A DNA stretch of 64,000 nt from NCBI GenBank assembly GCA_033442325.1, contig JAWQFM010000005.1:1009058-1073057 (forward strand), given 5' to 3'. A program made the translations under genes and the position numbers. This document shows positions 1 through 17,071 of the stretch, piece by piece; the stretch's first letter is position 1; each line of letters starts with the position of its first letter. The notes beneath the pieces are model-generated. The model had not been told where the DNA came from and made no database searches. It saw only the letters and a program-made list of their open reading frames with translations. The stretch comes from Salpingoeca rosetta (taxonomy: Eukaryota > Protista > Choanoflagellata).

Positions 1-8
1 CGTCGTCG

Positions 9-114
<106 letters not shown>

Positions 115-225
115 TTTGTATGTGTGTGTGTGTGCGCGCGCAAGTACGATGCAGTCCTCCCCTGTCGTGACTGCCCGGGCTGTGCCTCACCTTTGTGTCG
201 TCTGCCCTTGCGTGTCGTCTGTCAG

Positions 226-1790
<1,565 letters not shown>

Positions 1791-2842
1791 TTGTGCATGG
1801 ACGCAAACGTGCCTGGTTTGTGCATGCGTATGTGCGTGTCGCGGTGTGATGCTTGCCCCTTCGTCCCTCCCCTTCTTTCTCTCTCATCATCTGTGGATGC
1901 TCCAATCCTGTGCCAGCGACCATGTCCATGTGAACAGTGCCACACCCCTCGTGTTCACGCTCTTGTTTCTTTTGTCTCTTCTCCCACCACTGGCTGTTGT
2001 TGGATTTGCTGGCTGTTGTTGTCTGCTTGTGTGCGGCTGACGCGTGCGTATCAGTTTCATTTTTTTGTAGTTCAAACACTGTTAAGACTGACCGACCGAC
2101 TGTGGACACAAGTGGAAGCAACTGATACCTCGACGAAAACGCCACACACACACACACACACACACACATTGCCAAGTGGTGAGTGGTGGTTGGAGCGGGG
2201 TGTTATTCGCATTTGTACGTGGCAAGCGAGAAGAAAAAAAATCAGAAGCGGCAGGGAGAAAAGCAAACCACTGCACTGTTCCTGTTTGGCTGGTGATGCT
2301 CGAGCCCACGCACATGTGACAACTGATTGCTAAGAAGGAAACGTCCAAATACAACCACAACGACAAAACTGACTACAACCACAACAACAAAAAGCAAACG
2401 CACGCACACGCCCACTCACACGCAAACGTGCTTGCCAAAAGCAGACGGGCGGCTTCTTGTGGTGGGTTACATGTATGTGCACGCATGCCTGATCGTGTGT
2501 TGTATGCAGGAACAAAATCGGTCACAAGCAAATGTGACCACTTGTTGAAGTAGACAACACCAAATGGGGTGCAACAAAGGCCAAAGGGGAAGAAGAGACT
2601 CAAAGACTCACATTCACACATTCACACATTCACACAGTCACACATACACTCACGAAAGTGCTCAGCCAACCTGACAAGCGAGCAGAGGGGCGGGGGAGAG
2701 AAGAAGGGGAAATGGGCTGGAAAGCGAGAGGAGGTGGAGAAGGTGGAAAGGAGAGAAAGGAGAGAAAGGAGAAGGAATGCTGAGGGCAAGTAGGGAACAA
2801 AGGACAAAGAGAGGGAGAGGGAGAGGAGAGAGCTGAGTGCGA

Positions 2843-4710
<1,868 letters not shown>

Positions 4711-5884
4711 GGTTGCGGTTGGTGTGTCCTAACTACGACAATCACACGAGTTGGGGGAGGGGGGAGGAGCGGATGTGGGGAGGGCAATGGAACAGAACAA
4801 GTGAAGGACGAGGGAAGCAAGAGAAGAGAGCTGCTGTGAGTTGGATGCTCGCTTGAAGAAAAAGTGTGTCCGTGGATGGTGATGGAAGATGGTGATGTGT
4901 AGTTTGTGTGATTGGTTATGTGCAGTCAGGAGAAGACAAGGAAGATGGGGGCTGATGGTGTGCTTGGAGAGGGGGCAGCATGTGTGGAGCTGGAAATGCC
5001 ACCCCAGCGACGTGGGTGCGAGCGAGGCAGAGTGGAGAAACAGCCAACACATGGCTTCGTCGCAAACCACCAAGAGCAAGCAATACCAGCACCCCCACTC
5101 AAATGTCCACGTCGACACTTCTTCTTCCATCACCAGGCAAGGCGCGGCCATGGCGATGATGGCAGAAACACCCCCACATGCCGCTTGCATGTGCGCGCGG
5201 AACCACAGCGCCACAAGCAGTATACACGTGCCAGGCTTCCTCCAGCACGGGAGGAACATGGCATGCGGCACCGTGCTGGTGCGGTCCGTTTGAGCACCAC
5301 AGCCAACTCGTTCACCACACGTCTCTCCAAGCAGCTGCGTTTTCTCAGCAACCTTGCCCTCCGTTTTCTTCGAACACACACGCACGCACGCACGGTGGTT
5401 GCGGGAAGGAGAGGAAGGCAGCCTCCGGTTGCTTACCGAGGGGGGCGGCGGGTGTTAACAGCAGGCGGGAGGGCGGCGCAGGGCGAGCCACAGTCCAATC
5501 CAGAAGGAAAGAGGCAGGGAGGTGCGCGAATGGAACCAAAAGCAGAAAGACAGAGAGGGTTGTTGGCACAGCACGTCCTTGTTTGTGATGAGACAGGCTG
5601 TTGCTCTGTTTGTGTGTGGAGGAGATGAGAAGGCACACACACACAACCGAAAGCAAGAAGAAGGCAGCGGGCGAGGGAGGGGCGAAGAATTTATTTTGTT
5701 ATTGTTTTTTTTTTTTTCGCTTGGGCTTTGCCTTGTTTCTTTGTGCTTGTGGGTGAGTGTGTGGGAAAGTGGTTTGAATGGTTGGAGAGGTGAAAATCGC
5801 GCTCCACTCATAACATTCCCAAGTACTGCTGACTCAGCACAAACGAGACGCAGCGAAGGAGGACAGCCCGAAAGCGAGCGAGCG

Positions 5885-8085
<2,201 letters not shown>

Positions 8086-8581
8086 TGGCAGACACCCGTG
8101 CACCAGCGACAGACAGACAGATGGCTGCTTTGTTGAGCATGCCACAAACTATGCTCGCTCTCGCTCTCTCTCTGGTTCTCTGACTCTCTCCCCTTGGGTG
8201 CCAGCGTGAAGCACATTCAGGCATGTAAACGCGTTTTGTAATGCACGGGTACAGCAAAGGATCGCTTAGGGAGGGGGAGTGAAAGCACAACGTAGGCCGT
8301 GGGGGAAAAAAGGTGCAAAAGGCAACGGGCCCATGGCTTGCTGGAACAGGAGGGGAGGGGAACAACACAGCACACAAATGGGCAAGCAACAAGAAGGAAA
8401 CATGACTGTCAATGCCGTCCCGGAAGAGGGCCGCAGCAGCAGCAGCATCAACGCAACAACGACGACAACAAACAACTGCGTGTGCAGCAGTGAAAGCGGC
8501 ACTAGAACGGGTGGTGCATTTGTCACGCAGGCTGGTAAACATCAGCAGCAGCGAACACGGCACGGCATGGCTGCCCGCCGC

Positions 8582-9636
8582 TTAGGCAGTGCCGTATGTG
8601 TGCACGACAGTGTAGTTGGGGCGGCGGCGACCGGCGAAGCAGGCAACGCCCATGCAGAAGCAAAAGGCAAGCGGAGCGAAGACGACCACAACCAGGATGC
8701 CAATCACAATGGCCGCAATGATACCTGTCACAGCAAAGCGGGAATAGGACAAGGACGTAAGGTGAGCGGATGGTGGTGAGATTATCGTCAGAAAAGCAAG
8801 GAAGGGAAGGAAGGCAAAGAAGGAAGGCAAAGCCAACACAAGGTACGAAACCGCAAGTTGGAACCAACACACACATGCACACGCACACACGCACCAGCAG
8901 CGAGGTGAGAGACGTCCGTGCAATAGGAGGTCTCAGAGCAGCCACCAAACCGGCACTGGTTGGGGCAATAGCGTTGCTCAAGTTGGTTGAAGTACGGGGA
9001 GCAGTCGAAGTCGCAGTTGGCGCAGGTGCTGTTCAGCTGGTGGTGGTGGTTGGTGGTGGGACAACAGAAGCGAGAAAGTACACCATGTGAGTAACTACCA
9101 TGACGAGTTGAGCACATACTTAAGACAAAAAAGCAGAGCACAAGGCGCATGACACTGAACAAGCATTGTCTTTCACAACAGTGGGTGCTGCTGCGGGTGA
9201 TGCCAGCACCTCATGCATTTGGACTTACCGTGGTGGTGTAGCTGTAACCGTTCTCGCACGTCACCTGGCAGTCACAGAACGCTTGGGCTGCAAAGACGCA
9301 ACCACAAGCCAAATCGAGCACCAAGGCGAATACAAAACAGGGAGAGGGGGGGGGGGGTGAGTCCAGACACGACCATCCGATCAACACCCAACCGCGGCGG
9401 AAGCAGAGAAATGGCACGCCATCCATATGACACGCCACAACAGCACAACACAAAAGGCAAAACAACCACAACCAGTCCGGCAAGCGCCCGCAAAACAAGC
9501 TTGTTCCCTTCATCAATCAACCTCGCGCAAGCACAGTAATACTCAAGCAAGGTAACCAAGGCCACGCACCGGCAAAGGCAAAAGACGCGATCGTCACAAG
9601 GACGAGCAGGGCGCGGGTGGTGTAGTTTGAGGCCAT
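8582..9636 (-). CDS. Small type-I membrane protein with Cys-rich ectodomain (about 4 exons), unknown family
   Basis: Signal peptide MASNYTTRALLVLVTIASFAFA. Cys-rich exons FCDCQVTCENGYSYTTT and LNSTCANCDFDCSPYFNQLEQRYCPNQCRFGGCSETSYC. TM IIAAIVIGILVVVVFAPLAFCFCMGVACF. Tail RRRPNYTVVHTYGTA*. Confidence 0.75.
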
Positions 9637-9956
9637 CGTCAGCGTGTGGAAGGAGGGCCCGGCAGGCTGGCTTGTGTCGTCGTCGAGTCTGGCACACGGT
9701 TGTTTGAGCACGTCGCAGGAAAAATGCGCTGTGTTATGATTCGATGCACAAGGACACCATATGAAAGATGTGGCCAATTTTCGTGAGTGCCTGAGGCTAA
9801 AACGCAAGACAAAGTGGCACAGAGAAGGCGCAAACAAGCAAACAACACAACCCACCTAACCCCCCCCCCCGCCACCCACCTCGCTTGTTCACCTCTTCCA
9901 CCTGTTGTTCATTCTTGGTGGAGCAGCAGACAACAGCGACAAACCACGCCACAACC

Positions 9957-12900
9957 ATGGCGACAATGGCGCAATGGTGGACGGTAACAGCAGCAGTATG
10001 CCTGGTGCTAGCCGCAACATTGCTGCCGGAGCGCGCCGAAGCAGCTTGTTCCACAACGCTCCCGGCAAACGCAGACTTTCTCTGCCTTCAGCCAACAGCG
10101 TTGACGGGACTGAATCCGGTATGGGATGCCGCCTTGCGCCGTTGTGTTGAATATAATGTTGTGTGCTGCCTGCGATGGACTTGTGGTGGATGTCAGCATG
10201 AACAAACATGCATTCGCACGCAGGGTGCGGCAAAACATACTGCTTCGTGAGTTCATGCAAAGCACACACACACATAATGCACGCGCACACCAAAACACGC
10301 AACGCAACGCAAACACAACATGCAACACAAACACGCAGACGTGTTCGAATGGCGGGACATTGTCGGTGTCAACGTATTGCCAGTTTGAGAACGACCCCAG
10401 CCGTTGGGCGGCCTCGGACTGTGAGTGCGAATGCCCAACGCAATGGAGCGGCCCAACATGCACCGAACCTGGTGCCATCTGCGAGGGCAACTACACCTGC
10501 CTTCGCGGCACCTGCGAATCGTACCGCAAGTGCTCCTGTCCACCAGAGTGGACGGGCGACCAGTGTCAGCTCCGTAAGTGCACTCCAAAGTGGCACAATA
10601 ATGGTTGTTCCGCGTGATTCATGATGCAAGTGATCATATGGCTGTGGTGAAGCTCATGCGTTTGCAACACTTTTGCGACACTGCTCTCCATCTGTGTTTG
10701 GCTTCCTCTGATTTCTCCTGCCATGGCTCTCACAACTACCTGCTCATCCTTCCAATCGTTCCAATCGTTTCCCTCCTCACACCACCACCACCTGCTTGTC
10801 CTCCTCATACCACCACCTGCTCGTCCTCCTCACACTGTGTGGTCCTGGCTGTGATCCGGTTGGCGGATACTGCAACACGCCTGGAGAGTGCAGCTGCAAA
10901 GAGCACCACACTCCAGCGGTGTGTGGTCCTGGCTGTGATCCGGTTGGCGGATACTGCAACACGCCTGGAGAGTGCAGCTGCAAAGAGCACCACACGGGCC
11001 AGTTCTGCGACGTGTGCGAGGACGGCTACTACCGCTCCGACGACACAGGCCTCTGCATCCGTACGTGTGCTCTCAAGAGGATGTGATGAATGGGAGGGGG
11101 AAGAGGAAGAGGAAGAGGAAAGGGAAAGGACAAGGGGAAGGGGAAGCAGAGGAGGGGAAGAGGAAGAAGAGTCAGGGCGGCTGAGGATGTTGTGCAGACT
11201 GGCAGCTTGGATGCATGGGTTGTGCTCGGCGCTCTTCGTGTCGCTTTCATTGTTTCGCCAACCGTGCGTGATACTCCACTATGCTTTCCCACCCACTTTG
11301 CGCAACACAGCGAAACAAACGCAGGGATACTGCGACCGCAAAGATGCGGCTGCGACGTACGTGCCGGTCACGGGCGTGTGCGACTGCTCGCCGTTCGAGT
11401 GGTATGGCGACCGCTGCGACATTGGTGAGTCGCGCACAAGCCACCGCGTGGGCTGACAAAACGCACCTCTTCTTCTGCCTGCATGCAGTGATTGCGTGAC
11501 TGATGTTCCTGAGTTTGTAAGAGTAGACGTGTAAACGTCGTCCAAACAAAACGTGCATGTGCACCCATACGTGCGTGAGCGCTCACCACACACACACACA
11601 CCTTTTTGTGCGCCTGCTCGTCATGTTCCAATCATTAGAGTGCCAGAAGTGCCCTGATGGCGAGCGGCAGGTTGGCGGCTGCATCGGCAACGAACCTGTG
11701 GAATGCGGAGGTCAGCCAGCAACACGACACCAGAATTGCACTTCTCGAACAGGCGCTTGCTTGATACACTGGCTGGCGTCTCAATGTTTCACTGTCAACA
11801 GCCTGCAGCAGATCTGCAAAAGGAGAACATCACCTTCCCTGTTGTATCTACTCCTCTGCTTTGCTTGGCTTCATCTCACCATCCCCACACACACGCACAT
11901 GCACATGCACACATGCACACATGCACATGCACACATACACACATGCACGCACACACACACTCTTCCATGCGCAGGTTGCAGCCCGTGCGAGGATGGGTTC
12001 TCATATCGCGTGAGCGGCTGTGATGGCAGCACCATTGACAGCATCTGCGAGCCGTGCAACCAGTGTTCCCCAGGCACCTTTGCCAACGGTGGCTGCATCA
12101 ACGGCGAAGACACCCTCTGCGTCGGTGCGTACTACAACCACATTGCACATGCGCAAATGCATCGCTTGCAGAATCAACGTGAAGGAGGGGAAGGAATGGA
12201 CAAGGGACAGGAGGAAAGATGATGGGTTGTGGTTGTGGTTGTGGTTGTGGTTGTTGCAAAGCACGCGCACCCTTGCTACCTCCTTTTTGTTGATCTCCCG
12301 TCGTGTTTGTACCACATGCTTTGCAAGCCGCGTCCCCCGAATGTACTGATGTGGTTATGAGTTGTCTCACCGCCCGCCTTGTTTCTCCCTTTTTCGTTTG
12401 CTGGTTGTAGAGTGCACGGAGTGTGCTGAGGGCACGTTCCTGTCTGCCGGCTGCGACGGCATTGAGGATTCCGTCTGCGGAGAATGCAGCACAGAGTGTC
12501 CAGACGGCATGTTCCCCGTTGCCCCATGTACCCCTCAACACGACCTTCGATGTGCAGGTGCGCTGTGTACTTGTGTGTGCATGACACTGTGTATGTGCAT
12601 GACACTGTGCGTGTGTGTGCATGGCACTGTGTGTGTGTATGAGCGTGTAAGCATGTGTGATTGATGTGAATGAAAATGGGAAGGTCGATTCCACTATTGT
12701 GCTCGCCACAAACACGCACATACACTCCTGCGCTCATTTCTTCATCTCTCTCACACGCACATTCTTCACACATGTCGTCTTTCATGTTCAAGACTGCCTG
12801 CCTTGCCCTGAGGGCACGGTTACGGCACGGTTCTGCAACAGCACGCACGAGAGCGTCTGCCTCGGTACGTGCAGATGTGGATGTCATGCGCCCCCTCTGC

Positions 12901-15890
12901 CCCTCTCTCTCTCTTCTTCCCTCCCTCCCTCCCCCCTCTCTCTCTCCCTCACTCTCTCTTCCGATCCAGTCTTCTCTTTGGCATGGCGTGTGAGCACATG
13001 CACTCGCCCCAAGATGTTCCCATCACTTCACCCCAACTGGTCTCACGCCCATCGCCTGCTTGCTTCCATAACACCCTTGTCCCGACCACCCCAGGCACGG
13101 TTGAGATTCCCGCGCTGCCTGCAGTGTACGTGCAGCAAGAGACGCGACTGCTACATCTTCGCCTGGGAAAGCGCTCGCCGGCGCCGTTCACCATCCGCAT
13201 GTCCGGTGTTGGACTGCAGGTCCTCCAGTCCGACCGCACAAACTTCAACGGGTCAGGATAAAGTGTACACGTGCATGTGTGATTGGTGCGGGGTTGCGTG
13301 CGTGTGTGTGTTGACGTGATGCTGTGTCGTGCATGTTGCTGGGTTACGTGTATGAGTGCGTGCAACTACGTGCTTCTGCTGTGACCATACCACTGCCTGC
13401 TGCCGCTGCTACTGTGGTGTGATGTGACTGCATCACCCTGCGTGAACAACGCAACCTGCACGTGCTCACTGCTGATGCATGTGCACCCACCACTGTTTTT
13501 GCAGGGAGAGCAACTTTGGAGACACGATGCAGACATTTGACCTGCAGATTGATGCCAACGCCGAGTCTGTGCCCTTCACCATCACGCCGCACGCCACAGG
13601 CCAGCAGCCCGTGCAGTTTTCGTACCCGGACAATGTTGGTGCCACAAACTACGTCGACATCACCGAGGAGACGAGGAACTTGTTTGGCCTCATTCGTACG
13701 TCGCAGCGGCAATGCATCATTGCTCGTGTCGTGTCGTGTTGCGCTGTGTGTATGTGGGTGTGTGTGTGTGTGTGCGCGCGCGAAGGGAAAGAGGGAGAGA
13801 GGTTGAGAGGGAGGAACCAATGGTGGTTTGCCGGGTTGCTTATCACTGCACTTCCTTGCTTTGAAGTTGCATTCATTCGCATCGGCACGGCTAACCACCC
13901 AAGCATCACCGCTTCTCCCTTTTTCTTTGTTGGTGCGCCACTGCAGAGATCGATGAGGGATCGAGCGTGTTTGACGACTTTGGTGTTGAGGAAGGCGAAG
14001 TCCCAACAGGCACCCACACCCTCCCCGTCACCATTCTGGTCAGTCACCGTTGTTGATTGCTTGCTTGTTGTGCTTGTTGTGCTTGTTGTGCTTGTTGTGC
14101 TTGTTGTGCTTGTGCTTGCTCGTCCCAGCTTCCCGTTGTTGCTGGTCATTCCAGTTCACCATTCTCACAACAACAACAACCCTCTCCAAACCGCAACCAC
14201 GCACATGCATGTATGCGCACATGTGCACTTTGTGGTGTGCAGTCTGACCAGGTTGAGTTCCTTGCTGTGGATCCGTGGCAGTCCATGGGCGGCAACACGC
14301 ACCAGGCGTGCTCCTTTGTCAGCCTGCGTCTGACCTCCTCTGTGACGCTGCCAATCTCCGTGCGCGGTCTGCGCGTCACCACGTCGCCGTTCAGCATTGT
14401 TGTGCCCGACGAGAGCGTGTGCGCTGACGGCTCGCTGTCTGTGGAGCAGCTGCAGCAGCTGTCCACGACGTCGTCGCTGCCGCAGACGTTTATGAGCGCG
14501 CTTGTTGTGCTTGTGCTTGCTCGTCCCAGCTTCCCGTTGTTGCTGGTCATTCCAGTTCACCATTCTCACAACAACAACAACCCTCTCCAAACCGCAACCA
14601 CGCACATGCATGTATGCGCACATGTGCACTTTGTGGTGTGCAGTCTGACCAGGTTGAGTTCCTTGCTGTGGATCCGTGGCAGTCCATGGGCGGCAACACG
14701 CACCAGGCGTGCTCCTTTGTCAGCCTGCGTCTGACCTCCTCTGTGACGCTGCCAATCTCCGTGCGCGGTCTGCGCGTCACCACGTCGCCGTTCAGCATTG
14801 TTGTGCCCGACGAGAGCGTGTGCGCTGACGGCTCGCTGTCTGTGGAGCAGCTGCAGCAGCTGTCCACGACGTCGTCGCTGCCGCAGACGTTTATGAGCGC
14901 CATTGAGCCGTCCCTCCCGTCCTGGCTGCGCATTGCAGTGGACAGGGACTTTTCTGCAGACGTCACGGTGGAGAGCGATTTCTTTGTCAAGCTCATTCCA
15001 GGCCCCGAGGTCACCTCCATCCCCAACTGCAACGTGAGTCGTGCTTTGGTTGTGTGCTTTGGTTGTGTGTGCTTTGCGTGTGTGTGTATGTGTGTGCTGG
15101 GTGTGTGTGTGTTTTAGTTGTGTGCTGGGTGTGTGTGTTTTAGTTGCATTCCAATGTCATGCGTCATGATGTTTGTGTTGTTGCGTGAGTCTGCCTGCAT
15201 GCAAGCAAAGATCGCGTGCTTGCAGGCAATGAAAGTGGTCTGCTTTCCTTTGCTTGTCTTCTGATCGAGTCACATCACTCACGACAGCTCGCAACCCTGT
15301 TACTCGTCTCGCACATCACCACGCGATAGAACCTGCCCGTGTTTTCCAACAGCTACTACGCGGTGGTGCTGTGGTCCAAGGCGTCTGTGATCCTCGTGGA
15401 CGGCAGCTCGCAGAGCGTCCCTGCTCAGGGCCAGGCGTTCTGCATTGCCGTCGATGTGGCCGCATACCCGGGCGACGTTGTGTTTATGCGGGTGCCCAAG
15501 GCGGCGTGGTCGCTGCTCAACGCGTTGCCCTTCAAGCAGCGGCTGGACAGCAGCGGGTGGATTATTGGCGACACCAGCGTCGGCTTCTCCAGAAACTCGC
15601 ACCTCCAGGTGCCCCACCCTTGCATTGTGGTTTTGCGTCGTTGTGTTGTTGTGTTTGTGCTTGTGTTTGTTCACACTTGCGTGTTCGTGTGGGTTGTGAT
15701 TGATGTGTTGTGGTTGCCCGTGTGCTGGGGCAACGTGCTTGCACGTGGTTGGAGTCCTTCTTGCTTCACCTCAACTCGCCCTTCCACTTTTGCACTTCCC
15801 TTGTTGTTTGACAGGGCGCGCCGACCATCGAGTTCTTTGATGGCGAACACATCTTCAAATACAACACCGGTGGTCTCGACTTCTGGTGCG

Positions 15891-15942
<52 letters not shown>

Positions 15943-17033
15943 TGCGCTGTGTGACGGTGATGGGACGATGTTTTGCGTGTAATCATTGGTGCGAGTGTGT
16001 GTGTCTGTGTGTGGTGGATGCGTTTGTGCGCTGCTTGCAGCCTTGCACGGACTTGTTGCTCACTTCGGCACCTGCGCACACATCGCCTTGCATGTGTTCA
16101 TTTGTACACAGGCTTGACACGTCTCTGAGCAAGACACTGCTTGAGCTTGGCAGCACGAGCACGCTTGGCCTCAAGGTTGAGCTCTCTGTGGACGGCGTTG
16201 CTGGTCTCTCCTCAGACAACACCTTCACGGTGAGAGAACCGAACAACATGACACGCGTGCTTGTGTGTGCTTGTGTGTGCTTGTGTGTTGTGGTTGCACG
16301 TGTGGCAGACGACGCCAAGACTGCATCAGCAGCAGCAGTAGCGGCGAGCGCGCGTCTCACTTCTGTGTTTATGTTGCCCGCTCTAATTGCTTGAATGTGC
16401 GTGTGTGTGTGTGTGTATGTGTGTGTGTGTGTGTGAGCAGAACATGAACCAGATCACGGCTGGGGCGTGGGAAGGGTACATTGAGGGCGAGGTGAACCTG
16501 GACATCAAGTTCAGCATCCTCAAGAAGACGGCCCAGTGGAACTTCAAAGCGCGCGGTGCTGTCGTTGGCTCCTTCGATGGCGACTCAGGTATTGTGCGTG
16601 TGCGCGTGTGTGTGTGTCGTCTTTGTGCAAGCTTGCACGCGCATGTGCACGCAATGTATGTGTTGTAATTCTGTGCGTTTGTACTGGTTCCAAAGGCCTC
16701 TTTCACCTTTCTATCACTCAGATGCATGTGCGTATTCACACATGACTGACTTGTGTTTGTGTGTGCGTGATAGGCACGGAGCCTGCGCCTCGGGACAACT
16801 GCGGGCCTCTTGCCAATCCAAAGGGCATTTTTGTCACTGTGACCCTGAGCATGCGCTCTTCTGGTTTTGGCAACAAGATTCTCGACTCTGCCCTTGGGTT
16901 CGTCGCCCACGCAACAGCGCACAGACACAGACACAGACACACACACACACGCGCACACACACACACACAAACGCACACAGACAGACCCCCACGCAAAAGC
17001 GCAGACACACACACACAGACACAGACACACACA

Positions 17034-17071
<38 letters not shown>

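Noticed and set aside
4729-5650. ORFs of 130-240 aa between Rab1 and the HAD gene
   Set aside because: No recognisable motifs or consistent exon chain; probably UTR or promoter sequence, though a small gene cannot be excluded.
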